A stretch of 64,000 nt of DNA, from assembly GCF_009914755.1 (NCBI RefSeq), contig NC_060936.1; one strand, given 5' to 3'. This DNA is from the human T2T-CHM13v2.0 reference genome, Homo sapiens. Position 1 is the first letter of the stretch, and each line of letters starts with the position of its first letter. The position numbers were made by a program, and so were the translations under genes. The notes beneath the pieces are model-generated. The model did no database searches. It was not told the origin of the DNA and was given only the letters and a program-made list of their open reading frames with translations. Below are positions 15,846-34,050 of the stretch, in pieces.

Positions 15846-18800
15846 CTGCTACCAATATTTATTAACAGATCAACATTCAAGAATAACCAGTTTAAGAATT
15901 AACAGCCCATTCATTCTCCAGATATTCCAAAATATAACCTTAGACCACACTTAGCAGTAAGATGGTTATCTAAACAACAACATCCTGTTGCCCACTGTGC
16001 ACCTTCAATTTTGGCAAAACTGCTTTTGCTGAAATACATTTTCATGCAATGCCACCAACTTATATTGAAGGTACTACAATTCATTCAACAAACACTTATT
16101 TGAATGCCTACTGTGAGATGAATGAACTTAACATTATATCCTCTTTATGAAGGTCGTTAGGATAAAAGTCTGTCTGATCTTAAGGCCAAGAACAGTTGCG
16201 ATTCACCTGAACAACTGAGTTCTTTTGATGGAAGGAAGCTGAGTTTTACATTCTTTCTTTTTAAATCTGGCTGCTACAAAGCTTATGGTGGTCCTTGTGA
16301 AACACTAGTAACAGGAGTGCTGGCATTATGGTATGCATTTTTACATTTCTTTTTTGGCTCTATTTTGTCTCCACTCATACTTTTAGTTTTCTTTGGCCCC
16401 ATTTTATTTTTCCTTGAAGTAACTTGCAAAAGTTAGTACATGCTCTGAAATCGGGCAGTGAAGAGCACAAATAAACAATTGTAGGAAGCAAAATGGAGGG
16501 GAGAGCAGATCAGTTTATTGAAAGTTATACTCGTTCATCCATTTGCATTCTGATACCTGAGGACACTGTGAATTACTGGAGGAGAAAAGCAAATTGGAAT
16601 TTTTAACCTTAACATTATTTTTTTCTCAGCTCCAGAAAGGAGTGAAAAAATGAAAAAATAATAAAATTTTAATTTATAAAAAATTTTAAAAAGAAAGTTT
16701 TTTGATAATTCTACTATTGAAAGTGAGTACAATGAAGCGGGGACTCACTGGTTCAAGGTAAACATTACATGGTTAAAGTTAGGTTAAGTTAAATATGTGT
16801 TCCTAGAAAACTTACAGTGGTTTTATAAATTGAACATTTAATAGTGAATTGATGAAATTCTTAAATATATAAAAAAACTTGTCTACACACGCTGCAATGG
16901 ACAAAATCATTCCCTACGTCATCTAACAAGTTCAGGCTTCTGTGTATGATGTTTTCTTCAAGTAGGACGAGTTATGGAATGACAAAAAGGGTAGCTCAAA
17001 AGTTAAATCAACATATTACACACAATTAGAACATCATGACAATTGTGAACCATAGTGACACTTGTTCTGGTGAACCATGGTCTAACTACAATTATATGCA
17101 CTTAGAATGAAGGGCATCACAATCATATCAAGTATAGTTCTTATTAAAGAACTCAGCATCTCTGCAGGCTTACTAACCTGATGTTGTCTTCCTAGAGTAG
17201 GTTTGGGTATACGTAAATGAACTGCCCTCATTACCTAAGAAAGCATTGGTAGGTGCTTGCCTTTACAAAAAAGGAACTAGTTACTCTTGAGTTATAATAC
17301 AAATGACCAAAAACTAACTCAAGAAAATCTAAATAGCCTTTTTTGGACAATGTTAAGACAGAAACTGTTACTAGAGATAAAGAGGAACATTTTATAAAAG
17401 TCAAGAAATAGATAACAATTATAAGCATACAGAAAGTGAAAAGACAAACCCAGAGGCACTTATAACAAAAACCCATTTTCACAATAAAGAAAGAACACTC
17501 AAAATTCAACAAGAAAAAGAAAACCCAATTTAAAAATGGACAGAAGAGTTGAAAAGACACCAAAGAAGAGACATAGATGGCAAATGGGCACATGAAAAGA
17601 TGCTCAACATCAGTAGGCATTAAGAAAATGCAAACCAAAATTATAATGAGATACCACTTCATACCCACCAGAACAGTAGAATAGCTATAATCATAAAGAT
17701 AGATAATAACAAGTGTTGGTGAAGAAGTGGAGAAATTGGAAACCTCATACATTGCTAGTGGGAATGTACAATAGCATAGCTGCCTTGGAAAACAGAAGCA
17801 TTTCTTAAAATGTTAAGACTAAGAGTTACCATTAGACCCAGCAATTCTGCTACTAGGTATCTGCTTGAGGGCAATAAATATGTTATGTCTGCACAGAAAC
17901 TTGTACACAAATGTTCACAGTAACATTATTCATAAAAGCCAAAAAAGGGAAACAACCCAAACGTCTATCAGCCAATGAATGGAAAAACAAAAAGTATTAT
18001 TCAGTAATAAAAAGGAATGAAATACTGATAACATGCTACAACACAGATAAACTTCAAAAACATGCTAAGTGAAAGAAGCCAGTAACAAAAGGTCACATAC
18101 TGTATGACACCACTTATACGAGAGGTCCAGAATAGGCAAATCTATAGAGATAAAAGGTAGATTCATGGTTGCCTAGGGCTGGCAGGCAGGGAAAGAGGAA
18201 TGGGAATGACTGCTAACTGGTACAAATTTTCTTTTGGGATGATAATGTGCTAAAATTGGATTACAGTGACGGCTGAACAATTTTGTAAATAAACTAAAAC
18301 CCACTGAATTGTATACTTTAAGTGACCAAACTTTATGGTATTTATCTCTCAATAAAGCTGTTAAAATATACTATATAAATTAAATGGACAAAAACCACAG
18401 GATCAACTCAATAGAAGCATAAGAACACATGATAAAATCCAATACCCATTCATGATAAAACTCTCCACAAACTAGAAATAAGAGAAATTTCTTCAACCTG
18501 ATAAAGGGCATTTATGAAAAATGTACAACTAACTACATACTTAATGGGAAATGCTTTCCCTGAAGGATTAGGAACAGGGCAAGGATGGATGTGTGCCTTT
18601 GGCACTTCTATTCGACACTGTACAATAAGGGAGAAAAAGGGAAAAAGACAAAGTCTTTCAGAATTGAAAGCAGCAGCAAAACTGCCTTTATTTGCAGACC
18701 ACATCATCCTATGTGCAGAAAATTCTAAGGAATCATAGACAAAAAACTACCAGCACTAATAAATGAGTTCAGCAAAGCTACAGTATTTGAGGTCAATACA

Positions 18801-19312
18801 CAAAAATTAATTGTAGTTCTATATACTTAGCAATGAACAATCCAAAATGAAGAAAAAAATTCATCAAAAATAACATCAAAAAGTAAAAAAATACTTAGGA
18901 ATAAATTTAACAAAATAGTGCAAGCCTTGCACACTGAAAATTACAAAACACTATTAATAGAAATTAAAGAATATCTAAAACATCTAAATTAAAGAATATC
19001 TAAATAAACGGAGACACATTCCACATCCATGGATTGGAAGTGAACATCATTAAGATAGCAATTTTCCTCAAACTGATCTATAGATTCACAATGCCTATCA
19101 AAATCCCTGCAGGCTTTTTTTTTTTTTTTTTTGGTAGAAACTGACCAGCTGAACCTAAAATTTATATGGAAATGCAAAGGATCCAGAGTAGCCAGAAAAA
19201 TTTGTAAAAGAACAACACTTACTTTAAACGCGACAACAATCAAAACATTGGCACTGGCATAAGAAGAGACATACAGACCAGACCTAATAACTATCTTTAC
19301 TTTTATGGTCGA

Positions 19313-19475
19313 TTTTTTTTTTTTTTTTTAAGAGACAGGGTCTTGCTATGTCACCCTGGCTTGAGTGCAGTGGCGCGATCATAGTTCACCATAACCCCAA
19401 ACACCTGGGGCTCAGGTGATCCTCCCACCTTAGCTCGCGAGTCGCTGGGATTACAGGTACATGCCACCATGTCAG
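19313..19475 (-). mobile_element. Alu monomer (FRAM/AluJ right arm)
   Basis: T tail followed by gagacagggtcttgctatgtcacc. Confidence 0.85.
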
Positions 19476-19683
19476 CAATGCATTTTTGACAACGGTGCCA
19501 AGGTAATTCAACTGGTAAGTATAGTCTTTTCATCAAATGGTACTGGGACAAGTGGATAACCACATTTATAAAGATGAAATTAAATTTGTACCTCATGCCA
19601 TACATAAAAATTAACTCAAAATGAATCATAATTTTAAATGTAAGAAGCAAAACTATAAAACTTCTTAAAGAAAACGTAGGAGA

Positions 19684-20049
<366 letters not shown>

Positions 20050-20513
20050 TCATGCTTTTGGCACATCATCAAAAGCATGATCCATAAAACGTGAAATTGG
20101 TAAAGTGGCTTTAACAAAATTAAAATGTTTATATTCCAAGGGACACTATTAAGAAAATGAGAAGGCAAGCCAGAGACTGGGAAAAATTTATAGTTGCAAA
20201 TCATATGACTGAGAGAGAATTTTTGACTAGACATTTCACCAAAGAAGATAAACGGATGGTTAATAAGCACAGGAAAAGATGCTCATCAACTTTCCAACAT
20301 CCCAATATCAGGGAAATACAACCCAAACCACTATGAGATACCACTTCACACCTTACTACTAGAATGGCTATAATAAAAAGACAATGCGTTTCAGAAAGCC
20401 CTTACCTGTCACCGAAGGGTACACTAAAAAATGGTTTAAATGGTACATTTTATGTTATATATATTTTACCACAACAAAAAAAATAGCCCCTAACAATTAC
20501 AAAGAAAACGGGA

Positions 20514-20913
<400 letters not shown>

Positions 20914-21199
20914 TCACTGGTGAATCCTATCAAACATTTAAAGACAAAATTACATAAATCTCTTCCATAAAACAGAAGAGGAAAAAACACCAACTTATTC
21001 AGTGAGTTCAATTTAAATGTATAATTAAAGGCATCATGATTTACTTTTTGCAGAAATGCCTTATTAAATTTATAAAAGATAAAAGGTTCTGAGCTGGAGG
21101 TCCTGAAAACTGTTTCAATCCAGACTTTGTTACCAAGTGGTTGCATAATCTTTGTCAAGTTACATCAACATTTTCATTTTGGGCTTCAGTTTCTTAGTT

Positions 21200-21495
21200 T
21201 CTTTTCTTTTTTTTTTTTTTTTGTTTTTTGTTTTCTTGAACCAGGGTCTCACTCTGATACCCAGGCTGGAGTGCAATGGTATGATCACTGCTCACTGCAA
21301 CCTCCGCCTCCTGGGCTCAAACATTCCTCCCAGCCTCCCAGGTAGCGCCGCCATGCCCAGCTAATTTTTGCATATTTGGTAGATGGGGTTTCACCATGTT
21401 GTCCAGCCTGGTCTTGAACTCCTGGGCTCAGGGCATCTGCCTGCTTCAGCCTCCCAAAGTGCTGGGATTACAGGTGAGAGGGACCATGCCTGGCC
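21200..21495 (-). mobile_element. Alu (AluJ-like, small internal deletion)
   Basis: T tail and both arms recognisable. Confidence 0.9.
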
Positions 21496-22183
21496 AGTTT
21501 CCTCATTTGTAAACAGGGAGGTTCACCAGAGAAATCCTTTCCATCTATATAATTCTATGATACACTTATTACATAAAATTTGGTTTAAAACTTGCTCAAT
21601 CCTAAAATGATATAGCCCTTCAGAAAAACAATACAGTAATATGTAGTAAGAGCCATTTCATACTCTCTGTCGAAGTATTTCCACTTCTGGATATTTATCT
21701 TGGTGATATAATTCAATAAAAGCAAATACTCCATAAAGCTATCATCACTGTAACAGTCCACTTGTCCAACAAGAGTGGAATAAGATGAGTAACACAACGA
21801 AATGTCAAATTACTAAAATGATATGAAGATAATTTGTAGAAAGTATTTGTCTGGTGCAAAGAATCAGAATATAAATGATTTCAACTATGAAAATGTATAC
21901 AGTATACAAACATATGCCAAATGGAAGGTAGTCTGCACTACTGAAAGTAGTATTAGGGTTGAGTCTAAAGATGGCTTCTTCTGTGTTTAATTGCAAAGTC
22001 CTTTGAAATATTAATGCATTATATACTCAAAGGGAAAAAAATAAAATACTTGTCCACAGGGTAGAGATGCAAAATATCAAGATTACACTGATAAGGTTCT
22101 AAGTTCCTCTGGTTTGATTAATGCTTCTGAGAGTGGTTATGAATCTGGAGTTCTCAGTAGACATCTCAGTGATTAACACTTTT

Positions 22184-22488
22184 GGCTGGGCGCAGTGGCT
22201 CACGCCTGTAATCCCAGCACTTTGGCAGGCCAAGGCCGGTGGATCACAAGGTCAGGAGATAGAGACCATCCTGGCTAACACGGTGAAACCCCATCTCTAC
22301 TAAAAATACAAAAAATTAGCCAGGCGTGGTGGCGGGCGCCTGTAGTCCCAGCTATTCAGGAGGCCGAGACAGAAGAATGGCGTGGACCCAGGAGGTGGAG
22401 CTTGCAGTGAGCTGACATCATGCTACTGCACTCCAGCCTGGGCAACAGAGTGAGACTCCGTCTCAAAAAAAAAAACACCAAAAAAAAC
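22184..22488 (+). mobile_element. AluY
   Basis: Contains accatcctggctaacacggtg and agaatggcgtg. Confidence 0.93.
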
Positions 22489-22922
22489 CTTTTATCGGTG
22501 TATACTGAAATTACCCGTAATATTTTACTTGTTCTACTCAGTATTGAGGTAAAGACTGCAAGTCTGTGATTTTACAAAGTAGCCATTAAAATTCAGATAT
22601 AACACTGCATAGTTAAAAATCTTTACGCCTGGGTATTTCACTTATCCCTATTACTTCCTTTCAAGTTCTCAACTTATAATTCCTTGAGCAGCATTTTCTG
22701 GTAGGTTCATCAGCCACTAAACTATTTGAGTTATACAACCATTAAAGTTCCTCTCGACTGAGGATAGTGGAAAAAGGGAGTGTGTCTCTAGTGTCTATAT
22801 TTTCCCTCCTATTCCTATGGCTGCCTGCTGAGATGAGAACCTCAGCAGGATCTAGTCTCAGCATCTCCAAGGTTATCAGAGAGAATACCTGGTAATGCTA
22901 CAAGGCACAACCCTATTAATAG

Positions 22923-23002
22923 TAAGATGAACCATATGAAATTGTTTCTGTGGGCCAAAATATTAATAGTCAACCATCAGCAATTTTGTATGGCTCAACC
23001 TT
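22923..23002. mobile_element. MADE2-like mariner MITE (about 80 bp)
   Basis: Degenerate TIRs tgaaccatatgaaattg ... caattttgtatggctca. Confidence 0.7.
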
Positions 23003-23097
23003 GGATGTCAAGCCTTTGGATTAAGAAAAATATGATGTAAATTTCCATAAGGACATAATCTACTTACTTACAAGCATTTTAGGACAACATAAAAAAA

Positions 23098-23462
<365 letters not shown>

Positions 23463-23928
23463 TAAGCCTACTAAAGTTTTGTGACTACACTTTCATTTTT
23501 GGTTAGAAAAAAAAAATGAAATGTTCTCTTTGTCATTTTATTACATGGATATTTAGTAGTTTTTTTTTCATATTTCAAATTGTCCTTCCATTTAAACTCT
23601 TTGTTCCCTTTGAGACTCTAGAATCATTGTCAAAGACTCTCTCCTTAACCTTCTTAATAAAGAGTGCATTAGGTGATTAATTTCAGAACCAGCATTTTAA
23701 GCAATTAGTTTTTACATGTAAGCATTAACATGCTAAACTCATAAGCACAATGAAGAAGTGTTTAACAGCAGCCAATTAAAGAACAAATAGCAGAACTCTC
23801 TATTCTGAGTCAAATCCTGCCGAAGTCCTGTTTTTCTTCACAGAGTAAGTTTTGGTACCAGCACTTTCAGAGCAATGCTTCCTTCTTCCACCTCCAACTT
23901 ATATCAACCCCATTTGAGAATATCTTAC

Positions 23929-24006
23929 CTGAAACTACCATAGACTATAAGAAGAATGGAAATCAGAAATGTAGACACTTGACTGGAATCCACCAGGGAA
24001 TAGGCC
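23929..24006 (-). CDS. SPPL3: SPPL3 coding exon 2 (78 nt, phase 2-2), encodes (W)[25 protein letters not shown](R), including the first hydrophobic/TM segment
   Basis: Minus strand reads ttttttcctcttatttctctAG|GGCCTATTCC...GGTAGTTTCAG|GTAAGATATT. The translation matches the SPPL3 N-terminus as I recall it ([39 protein letters not shown]...). Confidence 0.96.
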
Positions 24007-24379
24007 CTAGAGAAATAAGAGGAAAAAAATTTAAATCACATGCAGTGAGTCCTAATGGAGCTTACAGTCTAATGGAGTTCTATAAACCCCACTGAGCTTT
24101 GTTTTTATCTTTAAGAAGGAAAAAAGGTATAAATTAGCATTAACAAAATAACACAATTAAAATGAGATTTGCTAGTTTAACATGAAGAATAAATTGGTAG
24201 GTTTACAGCTATTATTAGTAAATATTTACGGCATGTAAAATGACATCAATGTAAAAATCCCATCTCTGTATATGTTTACAACATCCACCCCCAATTTAAA
24301 AAGTATCAAAATATCTACCAGATCTGTGCCAATGGCAAAAGTCTCAATAATCAGACTTTTATCCAGTTACATTTCAATC

Positions 24380-26330
<1,951 letters not shown>

Positions 26331-26439
26331 ACAGAGGAGGACATTACATTTCCTTTAATCGTTGTAAAAAATAAGACATATAATAAACTTTCATGAGACA
26401 CTGCTGTGGTCTATAATGGCAGGCTTTTGGATCCTCAGC

Positions 26440-26742
<303 letters not shown>

Positions 26743-26787
26743 GTGATCCTTAATTATTACAGATACAACCTGAAGTATTTATGGGTA

Positions 26788-27143
26788 TGTTAAAAAAAAA
26801 ATGAACTGGGGAGTCCATTAGGCTGAGATGGTTCCAGTGTCTTGGGTTCCTAAGGAAGCCAACTGAAATCCAACTCAGAGTAACTCAACCCATCAGAAAC
26901 TGCCAATCAAACCTAACCAGGGGCTTTACCAATCAGAAACTGCCAACTAATCTCTACTAGAGACTTTCTACTTTAACCAATCAAGTATTTTCTTTCTTTT
27001 GCTTCTGCAAAAGCTTTATAAAAGTTTTGCCCTCAGGCCCCCTCCAAGGAGCTGTGATCCACTTGTGATCTGGTGCTGCCTGATTCATGAGACACTGCTC
27101 AAAAAAACTCTCCAAAAGTTAAACATAAGTTTATCTTTTAACA
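26788..27143 (+). mobile_element. ERV1-class solo LTR (MER57/LTR54-like group, subfamily uncertain) inserted in an old L1M 3' end
   Basis: Inverted termini TGTTAAAA...TTTTAACA, 4-bp flanks GGTA/GGTG, three CCAAT boxes and TATAAAA. Confidence 0.75.
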
Positions 27144-27719
27144 GGTGAAATAATATGATTTAAGATTTACTTTAAAATACTCTAAGAAAATAAAACATGG
27201 GAGGGATACACCAAAAAAAAGGTAGACTTTTTAAAATTATGAAGCTGGAATGATAGGTATATTGTATCCTTCTCTCTTCCCCCCACACCAGGCTTTGAGA
27301 TGGTAAGACAATTTGAATACAATTAAAACTACTAGAGGCAGATGAATACAAGAATATATGTTTTGGATCATGAATTCTGTTTCACAGCACCTCACAGGGG
27401 TGCTACCTTTTCCTAAATTTCAGTCAGCCGGGGAGTGGAGAAAGGGAAGGTAGGAGACATGAGGGCCACTCGAGCCTCTCTCTTGGGTCCCATCCAGCAA
27501 TGATGCAGCTGTGGCTGTCCAGGGTCCTCTTTTGAACAACCAGATTATGTAGACAAGGCTCACATACCAAGAGATATCTGAGCTATCATGTATCATGTAT
27601 TAGGAAAATGAACTTCATCAGTTTCTCTTTATTCTAAAATTATGTTTCTTGCTGTGTGACATAATCTTTGCACACATCTTCCAAAATTCTGAAAACAAGA
27701 AGGAACATTTTCTTAAAAT

Positions 27720-28540
27720 TAAAAAAAATTATGACTAGGTTATATATTCATACAAAAATCAAAAGTATATTAAAAAGTACATACACAGAGGTCTTACTCC
27801 CATCTAGTCATCACCCAACCCCCACCCTCTCAGTCATTTTTAGATAACAACTTTTAAATAACCACATTTTTTAGTTTCTTATCTAGCCTTTTGGAGTAAA
27901 CATACAATATAAGAACATTATTTCTCACCACTTCTTATGAAATAGGTAGAATATTAAATATACTGCTCAGTATCTCCCTCTACCCCCCTTTTACAATATA
28001 GCCTAGAAATCTTTCTGTATCAGGATGTGGAGAACTTCCTTTTTAAAATTTTCTTTTAAACATCAGCATGATAGTCCATTGTGTAGATGCCCCACAGTTT
28101 TTGTTTTGTTTTGTTTTGTTTTTTAAGAACAAGTTCCTTACAGGTGGACACTGGGGTTGTTTCCAAAAACTCTGCTGTTAACAAGTAATTCTGTAATAAT
28201 GGGCCTTGTAAATTATACCTGCATTGCACACACATGAAATGACCTGTTTGTATAACATTCCTCAAAGTCAGATTGCTGGCTCAAAGGGGAAATGCACTTG
28301 CAATTTGATAGATGTTGCCAAAGTGCCCTACAGAGAGGTTATACCATTTCACACTCTCATCCGTAATGAACTCAATGCTCCTACTTTCCAAAGTGAGTAT
28401 TGTCTAACTTTTGAATTTTTACCCATCTGAGAGATGAAAACTGGTATCTCAGTATGGTTTTTATTTGCATTAAAATTGTAATTAAAATTTAAAAATTAAA
28501 GTGAGATTGAGCAGCTTTTCTTTTTTATGATTAAAGGTCA
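27720..28540 (-). mobile_element. Old L1ME-like fragment
   Basis: Motifs ggacactggggttgtttcca and ggtatctcagtatggtttttatttgcat. Confidence 0.6.
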
Positions 28541-28837
28541 GCAGGTATTTTTAAAAGGCAATTTAAAGTTTTCTCCAGACTCCAGAGCTATAAAAAAACA
28601 AGAGCGGCTTTCTTCTGAGGAACTTTTCTTCTGATGGTGTCTTACTTGGATGACTTTGTTTTTGTATCCTTTGTATTTTGAAGCATATTGTCACTACCCT
28701 CAAGGCAGATTAAATATCTACACTTCCCAAATTCACTGCCTTAAAGTCTGATACTATTGTTTAATTATTTTGCTACATCTCTCAAATCAATGGAGACTCT
28801 CTAGAAACTCTTAACCTCAGACTTCTGGAAGTCTGGA

Positions 28838-29150
28838 ATTTTTATTTTATTTTATTTTATTTTTTGAGACAGAGTCTCGCTCTGTCGCCCAGTCTGGAGT
28901 GCAACGGTGCGATCTCGGCTCACTGCAACCTCCGCCTCCTGGGTTCAAGCAAAATTCTCCTGCCTCAGCCTCCCAAGTAGCTGGAATCACAGGAGTCCGC
29001 CACCATGCCCAGCTAATTTTTGGTATTTTTATTAGAGACAGGGTTTTGTCACGTTGCCCAGGCTAGTCTCAAACTCCTGACCTCAGGTGATCCACCCACC
29101 TCAGCCTCCCAAAATGCCAGGATTACATGCGTAAGCCACCACACCTGGCC
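28838..29150 (-). mobile_element. Alu (AluS)
   Basis: Full dimer with a (TTTTA)n tail. Confidence 0.94.
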
Positions 29151-29629
29151 TGGATTAAATTTTCAAAAACCAGCTCCTCCCTGACAGATCTTCTGTGCTG
29201 TGCTCCAGCCTCTGAGGAGCTGTAGCTACTGACTTTCTTCATAGTCTGTTTTTCTAGATGAAGGTTTGACCATGTGCAAAATATAAGAGTGTGACTAAGG
29301 TTGCCAGATCTCACCTCCATATCCTGGCAGTGAGCATGTCCCCCACTGCAGAACTAAATGCCTGATTTCAAAAAAACTGTTCAGATGTTTAATGGTTTCT
29401 TCTAACTTAAGTTTTGTTTTAGCTTTCAAATAAACCTATACAAGAAAATCTGATTAAAGTTCACCCCTAATATTGTACATGGTATTTTATAATTTATACT
29501 AAGATCTTAAAAAGTTCTAACAATTTGGCAAACTTTACCAAATATCACATAACTAGAAGTTATAGATTATTTTATGATGTTATTTGAAATTTCATATACT
29601 ATTTTCAATTCAAACTATCATTATAAAAG

Positions 29630-29866
<237 letters not shown>

Positions 29867-30128
29867 TGATTATTAGTGTTTTTTAAGATCAAGAGCCAGA
29901 TGCACTTCTGATCTTAGGAGGCCTAATTCCAGAGTCTCTCAAATTGACTTCAATATCTGCCCAAAACTGGATGACAAACTGAAGTTTCTATCTGTAATTA
30001 TACAGTAATTAGCTATGTAATCCTCCCTGGGCAATCCTTTATATCTTTCTATTACCTATAAAATCCTCTTTGGGCCCAGATAAACTTGAAGGCCAAATTA
30101 ATTTTTATTTTTCAAGGGTCTAGGTTTT

Positions 30129-30496
<368 letters not shown>

Positions 30497-31811
30497 TCAT
30501 GTTGCCCATCATTGACATAGCCAAAGAGGCACTGCCACAGATGACCCTGTTTCCAGGTGACTAAAATTGGTATTTTCCTCTTTTAATCACCCAATATTTA
30601 CAGATTTAAAAATGGCTTAATATAAAATCTTACATTATACCAGTAGACATACATGAAGGTAAGCCATCATCTTACCCTGGGTAGCAACTCTGGTTCGTTT
30701 ATTCAACCCATGGGAAATTCTTCCCTAGGGTCTTTTTAAAAAATGTGGCCAGCCTTAAGGCTAATTTACAAACTCTTCATTTTCCCTCTGCTAGACTGCT
30801 TTATCCCATATTTGTTTATGCCCTTGGTCTCCTGAAGTAGGCTCACTTTTCACCTACTCTACAAGCTCATAAAAATGAGCACAGAGCGGTTTCAAAAATG
30901 TCTAAAGGTTTTCACTGCTGGTAACGACAGGGAGGAAAAGGGCCCCTCCTGTATCATCCTCTATTCTGTTCTTTGCCCACACAAAGAAAGCAAGCGTTCA
31001 TCAGCATTTCAGAAATAGACACAGATTTTACTACAGGAGCTGGGGTTTGGGGATCTGGGGTAAGACTACGATCAATGGAGCAGACAGGGAAGAAAAGGTA
31101 TTCCAAGGAAAAAGGGTGGGTAAGTCTGGCCAATAATAGGAAATCAAAGCCCAGCAATCTTATTTCACAGTCTCTCCCTATCCTACATTTCAGACTCTAC
31201 CAAAGCATCAACAGAAATGTGTCATTCTTCAGGCCCTCCTACTGAGGTGTCTGTTCCCAGAGGCTCTGGGCGGACATGAAAGACAGGAACTACTCTATTC
31301 TGAGATAAAGGAATTCTTACTGAAACACAGAAAGAAACTAAATACATGCATTTGAGACACACCAAAATCAGGTTAGCCAAATGTATTGAAAACAGTCTTG
31401 AAGACTTTGTCAACTGATGTATCAGTATAGGCCAGCTGTTGAGTTGAAATATTTTATATATTATGAAGACCACTAATTCTTTAACTACATTCCTGCAAGC
31501 CTTTACCTTAATAGACAAAGAGTTACCAGAAATGTCTCTCATATACAAGACTAAACTCTAAACCCTAAGATTTTTAGAACCATGCTGGATTTTAGTAACT
31601 GCTCTACAGTCAAACATCTATTTCTAGCTACTTTACCAGCAAGTGCTTATAACACATATCCTGCTAAAAATCATGCCAAACTGAGACACAGAGAGTACTG
31701 TTCTATAACGTGTTCTATGTGTCAGCCTTCCAGCTATACAATGAAAGCATTCTTGTCCACCCCAAAACCAAGCAACTACTATTCTAACACTGCACAGACA
31801 TTGCCTTAGAC

Positions 31812-33190
31812 CAGCACTTCTCTAACTTTGTGGCTGCAGAACAATTTACACTCTTAAAATTGAGGACTCCCAAAGAGCTTTAGCACATGTGGGTTAGTGA
31901 TATTTACCGTATTAAATTAAAACTGAGAAAAAGTTAAAATTTTATACACAATAAAACCATTACATGTTAACATAAATAACATTTTTTAAAGGGCAAATAT
32001 CTATTTTCCAAAACAAAACAGAACAAAAAAATTAAGCGAGACAAGGAACATTCTTCACATGTTTGCAAACCTCTTTAATGTCTAGCTTAAATGGAAGATA
32101 GCTGGATTCTCATATCGGCTTCTGCATTCCATCTACTGCCATATGTTGTTTGAACTGAACTCCATGGGGAAAAAAATCCAGCTTTACACAGATGGATAGT
32201 TGGAAAAGAAGGAGTACTTCATAGCCTTTTCAGATAACTATCAATATTCTTCTTTGATACTACACTAAAATTCAACAAGTGGTAATTTCTTAAAGGTTTA
32301 CTGCAATGTGGAATTTGAAACTATCTCAATGGATTTTTTTGAATTTTACTATATTACATTAAAATCCACTGGACTATCCTGAACTTTGTGTGAATCTTTT
32401 ACCCATGGATGATTTTGTAACATCATGCATTGGTAATTTGGAAGATACTGATTTGCTGAGTTATGCCGCTCTTCCAGATGTTGTCTCTTTTCATTATACA
32501 ATATCTGAAAAATCATATTGTTAGTACCATTCTTGGGGCTTATGGTAGCAAATACAAATTTTCAAAAATTCTATTTTCACTTGAAAGCTCAAATTTTATC
32601 ATTGATAAAAACACTTTTTTTCCCTTTAAGTGACAGGCTCACTTGATTCGTTTTTGAGAAACTATCTGCCAAATATGCCCAAAAGTCATTCTTTCAAGTA
32701 AAAATGGTATTCCAATTTTAAACAAATCTAGTTCAGTTAGCATCTCAAATGACTGCACAAGTGGTTTCCTCAAGATAACCAATGGTACTTTGGAATACAG
32801 CAGAAGTGCTTTGTGGAAATTTTCCATTTTATCATTAAAAATTTCCATTTTATCACTTAGTGTACTCAAGGGTTAAAACTTAACAAAAGAAACTTTTACT
32901 GCTTCGTCAAGAACATTCTAAGTGTAAATGGCATTTCAGAAGATAAGCTGGGTGCCTGGTGATGGAGAACACCATGATTACCAGGACCGCCTGGTGCCAC
33001 TGCCTTGATTCAGGTGAGGGCGCACCAGAGGTTTTACCCACCATTGCTTTGCCACCATGAGAAAAAAGGTGCGAAAATGAAAAAGACAAGTAATGTTAGT
33101 AGTACTATGAAAACCGTATGACCCTATGGACCCCATGACAGGGTCTCAGGAATCTCCCATGGTCCATGAGCCACATTTCGGGAATTGCTG
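31812..33190 (-). mobile_element. hAT-Charlie DNA transposon (Charlie1a-like), about 1.38 kb
   Basis: Termini are CAG...CTG and both ends resemble the Charlie1 consensus ends. 8-bp flanks ccttagac / ccttctac match at 6 of 8, as expected for a decayed hAT TSD. Confidence 0.8.
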
Positions 33191-33210
33191 CCTTCTACCT
33201 TTACCCATAA

Positions 33211-33729
<519 letters not shown>

Positions 33730-33924
33730 TATCTAAAAATATTAGTCTAACATTATAATGTTGGAGATCATTGTTTTCCACATTTCCCCATATTTTAAAG
33801 GAAAAAACCAAATATGTATTGCAAGCTTAATAACAGAATAGGTATGTTATGAAATAAAAATTTAATACATTAAATTTAACCATTTACGTGCAAGGTACAA
33901 GTAGTAAATAAAATAGTTACTTAA

Positions 33925-34050
33925 GGCTGGGCGCAGTGGCTCACGCCTGTAATCCCAACACTCTGGGAGGCTGAGGCAGGAGGATTGCTTGAGCCTAGTA
34001 GTTCAAGACCAACCTGAAAAACATATGGAGATCCCACCTCCACAAAAATA
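33925..34050 (+). mobile_element. Alu left monomer (FLAM-like)
   Basis: Single arm ending in a short A-rich tract. Confidence 0.87.

Noticed and set aside
17231-17752. 173-aa hydrophobic minus-strand ORF
   Set aside because: Antisense translation of an A-rich old L1 fragment.
18961-19004. Short direct duplications (also 10502-10528, 32817-32852 and 24050-24080)
   Set aside because: Ordinary slippage duplications with two copies only; not an array.
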